In this document: positions 24,895 through 38,899 of the stretch, one piece after another
How the letters are laid out: each line of letters starts with the position of its first letter
Numbering within the stretch: position 1 is the first letter of the stretch
From: Mobula hypostoma
Taxonomy: Eukaryota
Assembly: GCF_963921235.1 (NCBI RefSeq)
Contig: NC_086108.1
Location: 21,824,001 to 21,888,000 of the forward strand
Length of the DNA: 64,000 nucleotides
Direction: 5' to 3'
Translations under genes and position numbers: made by a program
The notes under the pieces: model-generated
What the model was told of the DNA's origin: nothing
What the model saw: only the letters and a program-made list of their open reading frames with translations
Database searches by the model: none

Positions 24895-25075
24895 AAACTC
24901 TGAAATAAAAAGAGTGCTGGGGATACACAGCAAGACAGTCAGCATCTGTTGAGAAACAGTTAATATTTTGATTGATGATCTTCAGTAAGATTCTGATGAG
25001 TAATCAACTTGAAATGTTGATTGTTTTTTTTCTTTCGAATGATGCTACCTGATCAGCTGAGTATTTACAACAAGC
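24895..25075. mobile_element. Old Penelope-type fold-back remnant with hammerhead boxes
   Basis: gtgctggggatacacagcaagacagtcagcatc versus gatgctacctgatcagctgagtatttacaaca; between them CTGATGAgtaatcaacttGAAAtgtt. Confidence 0.55.
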
Positions 25076-26002
25076 TGCTATAATTAGCACAAAATATTGC
25101 TTAAAAAAGAAATCTTCTCCATAGCAGAAAATTCCCTTTGGTTTTTAAATGAACACCAAATGACCATGCCAGCAAGAATTTCCCGTCATAAAGATGTGCA
25201 CAAGCTTTTGTCTGATCATTTCAGTTAAAAATTATATTTAAAATTTTCAAGTTCTTAATTACAGCTTGGTTTATATACCTGTTTTTCGTGCTTGGGTGAC
25301 TAGTAGTTAGAATGCAGAGATACAGACATATAGAAAATTCTATACAGTAGCTGATTGAGCATCATTTCCCAATGGAACTGAATCCCAGTTTTTAAACGTA
25401 TTGCTGTTCTGGCATACAGATACTCTTAATGGGGGCTTCATGTCTGTTCCCCATCAGTAGCCATAGATGGTGCATCTAAATCTGTCATCTCCTTGAGCTA
25501 TCAACAATGTATTCTGCTCAACAAAATACTCTTTCATTCTAAATATAACATATTCTCAAGCCCATTAGTGATATCATTTCCAGCCCTTTTTGTAACTCAC
25601 AACGCCACCTTTATGCAGGATGTTAACCTTCCCTTTCCTGTTATCCAGTCAGTTAGTTGTAATACCTATAGGAAATTCCTCGAAACTCTTTTTCCAAACA
25701 GGAAAACCACTTCCAGGCTTTGTAAAATAAAACAGAAATAAAGCTCCACAAGATTTGCTTAAAATTAAAAGATTTCAAGTCATTAGCCGTACACTGACAA
25801 GAAGGGAATGCCATCACCTTTATACTCCTGTTTATCGTTAACCAAGAACTTAGAAATACAACTATATTTTCATCATAGATTGGCCAGAACCTTGGGATTT
25901 CTAATCAAACACTGGAAGTACTTTCACTGCCAATCGTTGAAGACAGCAGTTCACAATCACCTTTATGAGCATTTTCAATTATATTCATATTTCAGGAGTA
26001 AA

Positions 26003-26355
26003 TAGAAACATAGAAAACCTACAGCACAATACAGGCCCTTTGGCCCACAATGTTGTGCTGAACATGTCCCTACCTTAGAAATTACTAGGCTTACCTATAG
26101 CCCTCTATTTTTCTAAGCTCCATGTACCTATCCAAAAGGCTCTTAAAAGACCCTATCGTATCCGCCTCCACCACCATTGCCGGCAGTCCATTCCACGCAC
26201 TCACCACTCTCTGAGTAAAAAACTTACCCCTGACATCTCCTCTGTACCTACTCCCCAGCACCTTAAACCTGCGTCCTCTTGTGGCAACCATTTCAGCCCT
26301 GGGAAAAAGCCTCTGACTATCCACACGATCAATGCCTCTCATCATCTTATACACT
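26003..26355 (-). mobile_element. CR1 3' end, young, 5'-truncated
   Basis: ORF 26091-26438 YKMMRGIDRVDSQRLFP..FFTQRVVSAWNGLP; tail (t)tctatgtttcta; same subfamily as 8205-9990. Confidence 0.92.
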
Positions 26356-29300
26356 ATCTTATAATAGATCATTTCATTTTCTAAAGAAATTTTGTTTTTT
26401 AACCATTTATGTACCCAGGGATATTCTCTGCCATTCATTTGCTTTGGGTAAAGCCAGCTAATGGAATAATTTTGATGCTTTTCTTCTCACTGGGTCTTTT
26501 CTGTCTTTACCTGAAAGTTATTGTAATTAGGAACAGGAACGGCCAAGTTTAATTTTGAACTGTTGTTTTAAGTTGCTGCCCCCCAGTAATCTCCTTATAA
26601 GGCAGTGAAATCTCATCATACTAAGCTATCGAAAATTTAAGATAGTTCCTAGAGGTGCACAGAATCTTCATGTCAAAACTTAAGACTAATTTCCCAACCA
26701 AATTAATAGAGAAGCTCAAAATCACAATGAACTAGTAAATTCCATTCCAAGCTGTTGCCAAGTGAAGGAGGTGTCTCTTGTCACATTTGAATCCGTTTGC
26801 ATGAATATATGGTACCAATGTGCACAAGCCTGTCACCTGCAAGTTAGTTAATTCGTATTTTAGCAGTGTACCTACCATATGTACAATTGAAGGAGGAGCA
26901 ACAAGTAGTAAGTAAAACACTTTAGAAGAGAAGGGAAACAAGCAAGGAGAAGTTGGTTGAACAACACAAGGAGTGAAGCTATTTTAGGCTGATGGAAACG
27001 TACAGGAATATAAAGGAAAAGCTTATGTCAGCCTATTTAATTGTGCAGTTGCTTAATGATGGGTGATCTGTCTCATCTTTTTACTGTCCAGATGAACTTA
27101 TCCTTCTTCTGTTGCTGGGCCAAATCCTGCTAATTGAATCAAATGAGCCCTCCTGCAAGCTATTGTTGCAAATTGTGATTTTTGCTTCTGAAACATCTTG
27201 GAAAGTGCTCTAACTAAGTAAGAGATGTTGTTTAGGACACTATCACACCTGCCTTTGCCTTTAGTCAGAAAATCTCACATTTCTACGACAGATTCCCATC
27301 CTCACTTTACCACCAACTTCACTGGCAACCCCTTCTTTTTTGCTGCCATCTTGCACAACCCTTGATTTATTGATTTACTTGATGCTTGACTGTGGGAAGA
27401 TGGAAGACAGTTTTCTCAAAACCTGCCAAATTCATAGCGTCGCTTTGAACTTGAGTTAAATTTTCAAACATGTAGATGTTCCATTGACAGGAGTATTTGG
27501 TTCTGGAACTCCACATGCCTGTCCAAGCCTAATTCCATTCCAATACTTCTGAACCCTCACCCAGGCTATTTTTAATATCAATAAGACTCCTGGCCAAATT
27601 TCTAACTTCCATTTTGTGTACATTTGAACATCTAAAATTTTTACTACTAATTTTCAAACAGACTGTTTCCCCAGCTTCTATTCATTGTTTTCGTATTCCT
27701 CCAAGATTTTGTTCATCCTTTTCTCTGCAACCATTTTTGTAGCCCTGTAACATGTGCAGATCTCTGCTATCTTTCACTTTCTTTTGTTTTGGCATTTCTT
27801 GTATTTTCACAGATTACTATTTTAATTGATTCCTTCAGGAATTTTGTTATCCCCGTAAAGATTCCTGACAAACACTTCTACCTCTCTGCCTTGATATATC
27901 CCTTAAAATTCACTTCCCTTAATATGTCCCATTTACCTATCAACCTTTGCTACTTTTTACTTGCACCAGTAGATGAATTGTAAGCCAATGAAGAAGGCAC
28001 ATGCAAATTCCTCTTGGATTCAAACTTATGTAAAATTTCTGAAAAATAAAGATATTTTGTATTAGAATGGCTGAGGTTAACGAATATTAAAGAGGAATTT
28101 AAAAAATAGGAAAGAACGGTTTTCAGCACAACACGGTGAAGAGCACAGGATATAGTTATGCCATTAAGTAAGAGTTATGACAGAGCAGCAGAAATCTGTT
28201 TTACGGAAGAGGCTGAGAGAGGCAGCATGTAATTAAACATGTCATGATTTGAGAAGTGGTCATAAAGGAAATTGAAGGTTATGGGATGGGAAACTGGGTG
28301 TTGAGTTCTGTTCGTTTGGACTATGTAACTATTTATTACGTATGTGCACTCTCCCTATAATGCGTGTGCGTGTGGACGGGGGGTGGGGAATGGTGGGATG
28401 TAAAGGTGGTGGCCCTTGGGTATTGAACGGAGACATTGAAAGTAAAGTTGTTTAAACAAAAGGAGAACTTGTCCTTGTTTGGGTGTTGATGCTGGGAACA
28501 GGGGTAACATCTACATAGAGGTTGAACACTGGTTTGTACCTCTCTTATTTCCTCTCCTTTCGAGATGTTTGAGTGGATAAGCTTTTGGTTATCTTTATTA
28601 TTCAACTCTGCCCTGAGTGCTGTGGATCAATTACATTCAAGTCTGCAATGGAAGTTTGGACTCTGAGATAAGAGTCTTAATTTTAGTGAATTGCAAAACA
28701 GACTGGGGAGCCACTGTTTTGCTCCTATTAAATATTTGTTATATGTCTTTATACAAGCTCTTTTTGTGGTTCAATATATTTTACTTTTTGGATAACACTC
28801 AGGTCAAGCACATTTGTGTGTTTCGCTGATCTCCCTGTGTATCGATCGAGGTCATTGGCCATATTGTGACACTGGTTTAATTGGTGACTGTAAGATCAGC
28901 ATTCATAAAGACATGTAGGGATACCATGTGGACGCTCTATGTGGTCCTTTCGTTGTGTTAAAGTTATCATATAAATGAAAGCTGTTCATTTGATGTGTTG
29001 TTCAAACCAGTGCAGCAATTGTTTCAGATTGCTATTAATCTACAGCTTCATCTCAGCATTAAGAGATCTGAAATCCTTGACACTTGCTGACCTTGAACTC
29101 CTAGGCAATGGATTTTGAAGCATTGTTGCAACCATGTGCCAACATACTGTAGAACAATAGTATGTTAAATAACAGAGATGCAAATTTTGAGATACTGTCA
29201 TTGTTTTAAAAATATAAACAAATCTGCATTCAAGACTATGGGCAGGATCATTTCCTGCTCTCTTGGGAAGTACTAATTTTAAATAAATGGCTTTTGTATA

Positions 29301-29654
29301 TTTTTCCCCTCTATGTCAATATTTAGATATAATGGAGAAAGGAAGAATGCCTATTTTAATAGATGTACATATGTTGATGGAGGATTTTAAAATGATATTT
29401 CAAATTTAACCACTTGGTTTTATTTTTCAAAGTTAATCTTACATCCATTTAATTGTCTTTTCCATTATCTTTTAAACTCATTAGAAAGAACCAACAAGAA
29501 CTCCAATAATAAGTTTCTAGTTGATTTCTGAACTGCAGTTAGCAGAACAAATGAAATTGCAGCTTACGACTTTCAGCTGAAACTCTCAGTTTTATACCTT
29601 TGAAATTATCGAATAAATTAATCAGCTGATTTGCAGTTCTGTTTACCAAGAGAG

Positions 29655-31710
29655 TTCTCCATGATCCTGACTGCAGTTCACATACCACCATTGGCCAACT
29701 GTAATCATCACTTGAGACATCAGCAAACAAGAAACAGTCTACCCTGACGCATTTTAAATCAATCAGGGCCTTCAACCAGGCTTGTCTGAAGAAATCTCTG
29801 CCCAATTACCAGAGGTTCCAACGCGCTAGACTACTGCTATACTACGATAAGGATTGCCTACCATTCCATGTTCAGACTGCATTCTGGGAAATCTAATCAC
29901 TTGGCTGCCCTACCTGCAGATAGGCAGAGGCTGAAGAGTGAAGCTCCAGAGACAGGAACAATGTGGGAGGCAGAGGTGTGGCTATGGGATTGCTTTGAGT
30001 CAGGTCACTAGGCCATGATCAAAGACTCATCAGTGGATCTAATGAATACACCACGGTTGTCACTGACTTAATAAAAACAGTGTGTCCCCACAAAATCATT
30101 CAGAATCTTCACCAACCAGAAGCCCTGGATGAATCATGGGATTCACGATCTGCTAAGGGCCAGATCAGAGGCCTTTAGGTCTGGCGATCAAAGATGCAAG
30201 AGGTCCAGGTACAATCTCTGGAAAGTCACCTCATGGGCGAAGTGCAATTCTGGATTAAGCTTGAATCAATGAAGGATGCTCAACAGCTGTGGTATTATCT
30301 TGAATGCTAATACCTCTTACAAAGTGAAATCAAGCGACATAGGTGACAACAGGGCTTCACTTCCAGATGAGCTCAGTGCCTTCTATGCTTGCTTTGACCA
30401 TCAAAACATGGAGGAGCCTTCATAAATTCCCACAGGCCCTGATAACCCTGTCATTTTAGATTCTGGGGTTGATGTGAGAACATCTTTCAGAAGGGTGAAC
30501 TTGCAAAAAGCATCCTGGCTGAGTACTAAAGTTCTATGCTGATCAGTTGGCTGGAGTATATCATTAACTACTCACTTAGGCAGTCTGAGGTACCCACTTG
30601 CTTTAAGCAGGCCTCGATCATACTGGTGCCTAATAAGAATGTGGTAACCTGCCTCAACGACTATCATCTAGTAACACTTATATCAGCAGTGATGAAGTAC
30701 TTTGAGAGGTTGGTGATGAAGCACACAACTGCCTGAGTAGCAACTTGGATCTGCTCCATTTTGCCTGCCGGCACAACAGGTCCACAACAGATGCTATTTC
30801 ATTGACTCCTTATTCAATCCTGCAACATCTGGACAGCAACAATGCATACATCAGGATGTTCTTTATCACCTACAGCTCAGCATTCAATACCATCATCCCC
30901 TCAGAACTAATCAATAAGCTTCAAGACCTTGGCCACAATACGTCCTTGTGCAATTGAATCCTCAATTTCCTCACTTGCAGATCCCAGTCAGTTCAGATTG
31001 GCAACAATATTTTCTCCATGGTCTCCATCAGCACAGGTGCACCACAAGGCTGTGTGCTTAGCCCGCTGCTCTACTCATTTCACACTTATGACTATGTGGC
31101 TAAGTACAGTGCCGATGCCATATGCTAATTAGCTGATGATACTCCTGTTCTTGGCCAAATCAAAGGCGGTGATGAATTGCCATATAGATGAGAGGTTGAA
31201 AATCTGGTTGAATGGTGCCACAACAATCACCTCTCTCTCAATGTCAGCACAGTCAATTGATTATTGACTACAAGAGGAGGAGGTTGGAAGTCATTGAGCC
31301 AGTACTCATCAGGGGATCAGGGTTTGGAGATGGAGAGGGTCAGTAGCTTTAAATTCCTTGCCATTATTATATCAGAGGATCTGTACTGATACCAGCATGT
31401 AAGTGCCATCACAAAGAAGGCACGGCAGCACCTCATCTTTCTTAGAAGACTACACAAATTCGGCAAGTCGTCTGAAACTTTGACAAACTTCTGTAGATGC
31501 AAAGTGGAGAATATCCTGACTACTAGCATCACAGCCTGGTATGGAAACAGTGATGCCATGGAATGGAAAACCTTACATGGAGTGGTGGATACAGTCCAGT
31601 CCACACAGACAAAACCCTCCCCATAACTGAGCACATCTGCAAGGAGCACTGCCACAAAAAGCCAGCATTCATCATGAAGAACTCCCACCATCTAAGCCAC
31701 ATTCTCTTCA
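29655..31710 (+). mobile_element. Rex1/Babar-like LINE, long decayed ORF2
   Basis: VPTCFKQASIILVP..CLNDYHLVTLISAVMKYFERLV (30536-30736), YSSAFNTIIP (30745-30957), ggtgcaccacaaggctgtgtgcttagccc ([10 protein letters not shown]). Confidence 0.88.
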
Positions 31711-32028
31711 GTCAAAGCTGGTGACAAAGCAGTATGTAGGCGGTAGATTGAAAATTTGGCTGAGTGGTGCCCCAATTACAATCTCTCACTCAGTATCAGC
31801 AAGACCAAGGAGCTGATTATTGACTTCAGGAGGAAGAAATCGGATGTCCATGAGTCAGTCCTCGTCAGATGATCAAAGGTGGACGGGGAAGCAATTTTAA
31901 ATTCTTCAGTGTAATCATTTCAGAGGACCAGTCTTGGGCTCAGCACATAACTGCAATTATGAAGTGAATACGGCAGCACCTCTACTTCCTTAGTTTGCAG
32001 ATTTGGCATAGCATTTAAAACTTTGACG

Positions 32029-33708
32029 TGTCAAGTCACGTTTGTTGTCATTTAACTATATACATGTATGCTGTCAAATGAGACGCTTCTCCAAACCAGG
32101 GTGCAAAGCACAGTAGTACATATAACACAATAACTTATGAAAGTAAGGATAAAATCTACAGATGAATTACTCATAAATAGACAAACTAAAGTGCATAAAT
32201 TAAATATTGTAGGGTACAGAATGTATTAGGCAACGATACTTCGAATGTGATATGACAGGGAGTTCAGAAGCCTAATGGCCTGAGGGAAGAAACAGTTTCC
32301 CATCCTGAGCATTCTTGTTTTTATGCATTGGCATCTCCTGCCTAATGGTAGAAAGTCAAAGATGGTGTTGGATAGGTGGGTGGGATCCTTAGTAATACTA
32401 AGGGCCCTGCATACACAGTGTGCCTGATAAATATCCCCGATGGATGTTAGGGAGACCCCTGTGATCATCTAGGCCGTTCTCACAGTCCTTTGTAAGGATT
32501 TCTGGTCTGATGCTCTGCTGCTCTCATATGAGCTGGAGATGAAACTTGTCATGATGCTCTCAGTGGCATTCCTATAAAATTCAGTTAAGATGAGGTGGTG
32601 ACAGGGGACTGTCAGTTCCCTCTATCTCCTTAGGAAGTGGAGGTGCTGCTGTGCCCTTCTGTTCAGGAAGGTGATATTAAGGGACCAGGTAAGGTCATCC
32701 GTGATGTGAACTCCCAGGAACTTAGTGCACTTAACTCTCTATGGAGGAGCCATGTTTTCTTAGAGGGGGATGGCTCCTCGGTACCTTCCTGAAGTTCACA
32801 ATCATTTCCTTGGTCTTCTCCACATTCAAACTTGGGTTGTTCTTCTCACACTAGTCCACCTGCTTTTCCACTTCCTCTCTGTACTCTTTCTCATCATCAT
32901 TGTTGATGAGACCAACCACTGATGTGTCATCTGCAAACTGATGACACGGTTGAGCTGAATCCTGTGACACAGTCATGTGTCAGCAGTGTGAACAAAAGTG
33001 GGCCGAGTACACAGCCCTGGGGAGCGCCAGTGCTCAGTGTAATAGGACTAGAGATGTTGCTGCCCACGTGGACTGACTATGGCCTTTCTGTTAAGAAGTC
33101 CAGGATACAGTTGCAGAGGGAGGTGTTGTGACCCAGTAAGGGCAGTTTTCCCACCAGTTTCTGGGGTATGATGATGTTAAATACCAATCTGAAGTCTATA
33201 AATAGCAGCCTGGCATACGGGACCCCATTTTTCAGGTGGGACAGGAGAGGGTGGAGGGCAGAGGCTATTGCATCATCAGTGAATTAATTTGAGCAATGAG
33301 AAAACTGTAAAGGATCCAACCACAAACACGAGAAAATCTGCAGATGCTGGAAATCCAAAGCAACGCACGGTATGATGGAGGAACTCAGCAGGTCAGGCTG
33401 ATGTTTCGGCTGAGTCCTTTCATCATGACTGATTAAGGGTCTTGGCCCAAAATGTCAATTATTTACTCTTTTTCATAGATGCTGCCTGACCTGCTGAGTT
33501 CCTCCAGCATTTTGTGTGTGTTACTTTGAACAGGTTCCAATGTAGTTGGGAGTAAAGCTTTAATGTACTCCATGACCAGCCACTCAAAGCATTTCATAAT
33601 GGTTGATGATTAATGCCACCAGGTGACAGGTTCCTATAACCTCCTTTGGCACTGGAATGATGGCTGCTGCCTTGAAAAGCAAGGGGATACTAGACTATTC
33701 CAGAGAGA
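32029..33708 (-). mobile_element. Rex1/Babar-like LINE (different subfamily) nested in the previous copy
   Basis: ORF 32226-32468 RALSITKDPTH..LPLGRR..FFPQAIRLLN; gtgtcatctgcaaactg (FADDT) and cagccctggggagcgccagtgct (STGAPQGC) read on the minus strand. Confidence 0.8.
33321..33525. mobile_element. Penelope-derived fold-back mini-element, older
   Basis: ggaggaactcagcaggtcaggc versus gcctgacctgctgagttcctcc; degenerate TSD tgtaaaggatccaa / tgaacaggttccaa; decayed hammerhead in each arm. Confidence 0.8.
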
Positions 33709-34332
33709 TGTTGACAAATTTCTGTAGATATGTGGTGAGAATATATTGACTGACGGCATCACAGCCTGATATGGAATCACCAATGCCCTTGAGTGGAAAA
33801 TCCTATGGCCCAGTCCACCACGGGTAAAGCTTCTCCCACTATTGAGCACATCTATATGAAGCAATGTCACAGGAAAGCAGCATCCCTCATTAGGGACCCC
33901 CTACCACCCAGAAGGTGCCTTCTTTTTACTGCCACCGTCAGGAAGAAGGTACAGGAGCCTCAGAACTCTCAGCACCAGGTTCAGGAACAGTTATTACCCC
34001 TCAATCACAAGGCTATTGAACCAAAGGGGATAGTTCCACTCAATTTCACTTGTTCCATTATTGAAATATTCCCATGACCTATGACTCACTTTCAAGGACT
34101 CTTCATCTATGTTCTTGGTAGTTATTGCTTATTTACTGTATTTATCATTTCTTAACTTCTGTATTTGCAGTTTGTTGTCTTTTGCACATTGGTTGTTTGT
34201 CCACATCATTGATCCTCTTATGGTTCTTGGATTTACTGAGTGTGCCTGCAAGAAAACAAATCTCAGGGTTGTATGTGGTGACATACATGTACTTTGACAA
34301 TAAATTTACTTTGAATTTTGAATTAATTAATA

Positions 34333-34486
34333 CAGGTCAACCTTCACTAATCCGACTACCTGTAATCCGGTTCCTTCGATAAACCGGCACTGATTATGCT
34401 TAATGTGATCCTTCTGTAATTCAGCATTTTCACTAACCCGGCACTCCTCAGGTCCCAATGGTGCTGGATTAGTGAAGGTCGACCTG
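34333..34486. mobile_element. Tc1/mariner MITE, inverted copy of 1338-1492
   Basis: TIRs caggtcaaccttcactaatcc / ggattagtgaaggtcgacctg, TA flanks. Confidence 0.9.
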
Positions 34487-35499
34487 TATTATCCATATTG
34501 CTTGGACTGTAGTTCAAGCAAAAGTGTTTAAATATTAAGATGTTATAGTTCCATTTCTCATTTGAGTCTTGTGATTAAATCTAGCATTTAAAAATCATGC
34601 ACAGTTCTGTTTTGAATGAGGAATATAACTGATAATGTCTGCTATTCAATCATGTGCTGCATTGGTTTTGGAGAGAATTTTAATCATGACAGATGGTAAA
34701 AGAGACGTCTGTCTGACCATGAAATGTGATGGTTAGAATTAACATGGTTGCTAAAGATGCAGTGAGTATTTTACATCAAATATATATTAGAAGAGGATAA
34801 AGGAAGAAGGATAAGTGTGTTCCTGTTGCTGTATTTTGGAAATCCATTTTGAATAAACAGCTGTGTTCACTGATCTTGGTCCATCTGTTCAGTTTGCTAC
34901 AGAGCATCCATTTGTCCTTCACTTGAAGAAAGATTTTGGCTGAGGTTTCAAGTGGTATTTTGTTTTTAGTGTACTTGCCTATTTATGAAGCATTAATTAT
35001 CTCCACTTCCTTTAAACACCACATGGTTTGAAGAATTTTGGTAAGTGTCTTGTGTCCGTTGATTTCAATGGGATATCCTGTTAAGTTGAGGTTATTTGAT
35101 TAATTTTGTATCATGTATATCACACATTAGTCATCTGGTCAGTACTGAAGATTAGCTTGCTGATGATTTTTCGCTATCCACAGTTAAATATTTTAATTCT
35201 ACCCTATTTTTCTATAATAGTAGTATTTCATTTGCTGTTTTCAATTGATTGGGTTTGTGAAAAATGTCTCAATTTTTGGAAGTGCCTGTTTCTGTCTATA
35301 GGTGAAGGCCAGCTTGTCCGGGCCATAACAACAAGATTGTATTTTTCTAAGGTTTAAATCTGGAGAAGTATGCAGCCTTCAAGACACTGTAGTTTTCAAA
35401 ACTATGACTCAGTATTTGGACCAAAAGTCGATACCCCAGTATGAGTTTGTTGCTATTTTGCAACAATCTAGTCGTGTAAATCAGATATTAATACATTAT

Positions 35500-35850
35500 A
35501 CCATAAGATATAGGAGCAAAATTAGGCCATTTGGTCCATTGAGTCTGCTTTGCCATTTCATCAAAGCTGGATCCATTTCCCTCTCAGCCCCAGTCGCTTG
35601 CCTTCTCCCCATATTCCTTCATGCTCAGACTAACGAAGAATCTATCAACCTCTGCCTTAAATATAACCAATGACTTGGCCTCCACAGCTCCCTGTGGCAG
35701 TGAATTCTGCAGATTCACCACTGTCTGGCTAAAGAAATTCCTCATCTCCGTACTAAGTTGATGTCCCTGTATTCTGACACTGTTCTTTGGTCTTAGACTC
35801 CCCCACCATAGGAAACATCCTCTCCACTCTATTGAGGCCTTTCTTGGCAT
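35500..35850 (-). mobile_element. CR1 3' end
   Basis: ORF 35584-35850 RNFFSQTVVNLQNSLPQGAVEAKSLVIFKAEVDRF; tail ccataagatataggagca. Confidence 0.85.
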
Positions 35851-38159
35851 GCCAAGAAGGTTTGCGTGCTCCTCTTTGAAAACTACATTGAAGTTACTTA
35901 CTTGATTTGCTTTAGAAAAAGAATTTTATCTTAAGGAAGGCTTATCAGCTGATAAGCTAACAACAGTACAAGTTTTTCACTAATCAGAAACATTCAGTAC
36001 ATGATGGCATACAAATGAGAAGATACTGCAAAAGTGTTTAACTAGGTCTGCCTGCTATGTTCTGAAAATTAAATCTGAAATGCTCCATGTACAGTAGTTT
36101 CCATGCAAGTATGTTGTGTGAGTATGTGATAGATTTGAAGATTACTGATCTATGCGGAGCATTATTCTAGTTCTAAAGAGAAATCAATCTGTTCGCTTAA
36201 ATTTTATGCTTGGGCTTGCAAAGATTTTGATTGGCGGGAAAATAAACCCGCAGTTGAGGTAGTATGAGGAGTGTGTATAGTAGGACCATGACTTGGTTTC
36301 TTGCTCTTAGGATGGTTCTAAATATCACTTTTTGTTGTGTGAGTCATTTGCCAGTGTGAACTGTTACCTAATGCCAAAACCTATATTTGCTCCAATAAGT
36401 GACCAAATGTTGCATCTTTCATCTCTGCTTAATAAAAGTCTGCGTCTGATGACAAAAGGACACTGTTAGTTGTATGTAATAAATTAAACTTTGTTACCAC
36501 TGTGCTGCATATGTCTTGGATTTGTACAAATTCATTTGCAGCTTTCCTCCTTTTCTCATGAAATACCCTAATTTTTACAGAAAGAAGTTGCTGTGGCTTG
36601 TTTTTTTTCCTTGCTGTTTAAATAGATGGTTTACCGAATAAACTAACCTGACTGGACAGGAATTTAAAAGGAGAGATAATTATTGAACGCTTGCACGGTC
36701 TATATACTTTTGATTTTACTGTGTAATATTGTGTTTCACACAACTTATTCGTTTTGAGTTCCTTCCTGCTTAGGTTATTCTGCAGTTTCCCATGGCAACT
36801 GTTGTCAACATGATTAACAGGCACCTCTTGATGCAGCATTTGTTGACCTGTATAAGAAACTTCGACATGGTTAGTAGGAATGGTATCCACAAGATCTGTT
36901 GACAAATGGCTCTCTGCCAAAGGAGCTCTTAAGTGTTAATTTAGCCTTAATGCAAATGGTGCAGAAATCAGCAAAGCTTCTGTTGACTTTAGCAAGCATA
37001 TCTCACGCATAGTTCACACAAATATAATTGGATACAGGCAGTCTTCTCTGGCTGATATACAAGAAATGCGTGCCTCAAGCTCAGATAATGAAGGCTACAT
37101 TCTTTGACCAACCCAAAAATAGCTATGTTCTGTGAAGGCCAAATCTCTGATATAGTGACAAGGTCAAGCAAAGTCTTAAAAGATCAGAGACAACTTTAAG
37201 AGCCTTGTCCACATTTGCACATGCTGGTGAAGTCAGGTCAAAGGTGTTATCACCGTAGAGACCCACCAGTGTACAAGCTGAAGCCCCAGAAAAAGTGGAC
37301 TTTTGTACCTCCATGTGGTAAGTGTTCTGAAAGTTTGCCATTCACGCATCAGATTCTTCTTCTAAAACATTGTCAACCACATTTGATTAAGTATCAAGTC
37401 TCATAATTTTTTTTAAGATGTTGGATGACTTTTGGAATATATTTATTCCATAATTATTAATGTTTTCTCTTAATTAATTCTGTTTTATGTTCATTTTACT
37501 TATTTTGTTTATATTTAGGTTTGTTTTTTGCAAACAAATCTTTCAAGTTGAACAATCACCACTTTCCTGGTCTTTAAGCCTGTGGGTTCTTGACAGCTCA
37601 AAGCATTTGCTTCTTTCCTAGAGATTTTGCTTTTATTTCTTTAGGTCTGCTCTGCAAGGACATCATGTCATTCTGATTGGGTGATTGGTGTAAATGTTTT
37701 CCGTCCCAGTATTGTGTCTGATGAAAAGGAACTTATTCTATCATCAATCCTTTAATTCTGTGTTTATTCTTGTGACTTGTTTGTTTCTGTGTCAATTTGG
37801 GTAGTGATGGTATTAATCCAGTCCTTTTTATGTCATTTTCAGAGCATTTCAAAGAAATTAATTACCAGTGAAGTAATTATAAGTGCTGATACTCCTTCCT
37901 CAGGATCTCAAATAGAAATGTCATACGGTTTGAACAAGGGTTTGTTCTGACGTGGTTCACCGACAAGTTGATTTTCCACTTGAATTTCCCCAATGCTGCT
38001 GAGCTGCTTTTGTTACCCTCACACATTATATTTTCATTATATTAATGGTATGCAATAGCTTTTGCTGTTAAGTACACATATGTGATGAACGAGTGTATAA
38101 CAAAGTCTGCTTACTGGTAGCACATACATTCAGAGTTGGAAATGATAGCAATCCCAATT

Positions 38160-38238
38160 TATCTCATTGTATATTCCAAACTCCAAAATGCAAAACTCTT
38201 CTGGCTCCAAGTATTTCATATAAGGGGTACTCAACCTG
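38160..38238 (-). mobile_element. Tigger/pogo-like terminal fragment
   Basis: Minus strand TA-CAGGTTGAGTACCCCTTATATGAAATACTTGGAGCCAGAAG, resembling from memory the MER46/Tigger4-type end. Confidence 0.5.
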
Positions 38239-38899
38239 TATTGGTAATAAAGTCCAATAAACTATAAGTTTTGTAGAATTTTATTCATGAACCTTTACTT
38301 GGTTGAAATTGCATGAATCCAGATTAACAATAGTATAGTTACCTAGAAAGTCACTCAGTTTAAAATTAGTTATGCCTCTTCCTGATTATGCCAGTGATGT
38401 CCATATTTGATGAGAGAACAGTAAAAAAAAATGAACTGCATGACAACAGGGTTGGGGGTCATTGACAATTCTGGCTATTGAATAATAATAATTAAAGTTA
38501 ACTCAACTGCAGGAGTTTCTGAGGGGTTAAAGATAATGAATGAGGAAGGATAGGAGTAAGTGAAAACATGAGCATAAAGAAATGGGGCAGAAATAACAGG
38601 TGGTGGTTCACAATGGATAAGAACAGGAGGGTCCTTGAATGGCAAATGCGACAGACAGTTGAAAGGCATTAGTGGGAATTTGCCTCAGTGCCAGCATGAT
38701 TTTGTTGTGGTATTCTGTGTTAAAAGTCCTTGTATGAAGTAGGAGGGGGGAAACAATGCTAAATTCAATCCATAGCAGGTGAATGTAATTAAAAAAATTT
38801 TTAAATCCTAGCAAGCAATTGCTGGATTTTATATTATTATCTCAAACCGGAGAGACAGAGCAAGGATGTGCTTAATACTTTTATAAACAGCTTTTTGTG

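Larger units (their letters stand above)
31715..34325 (+). mobile_element. Rex1/Babar-like LINE 3' part (31715-32028 and 33709-34325), split by an antisense Rex1 copy
   Basis: aaaactttgac at about 32018 resumes as ttgacaaatttctgtagat at about 33711; tail ataaatttactttgaattttgaa. Confidence 0.75.
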
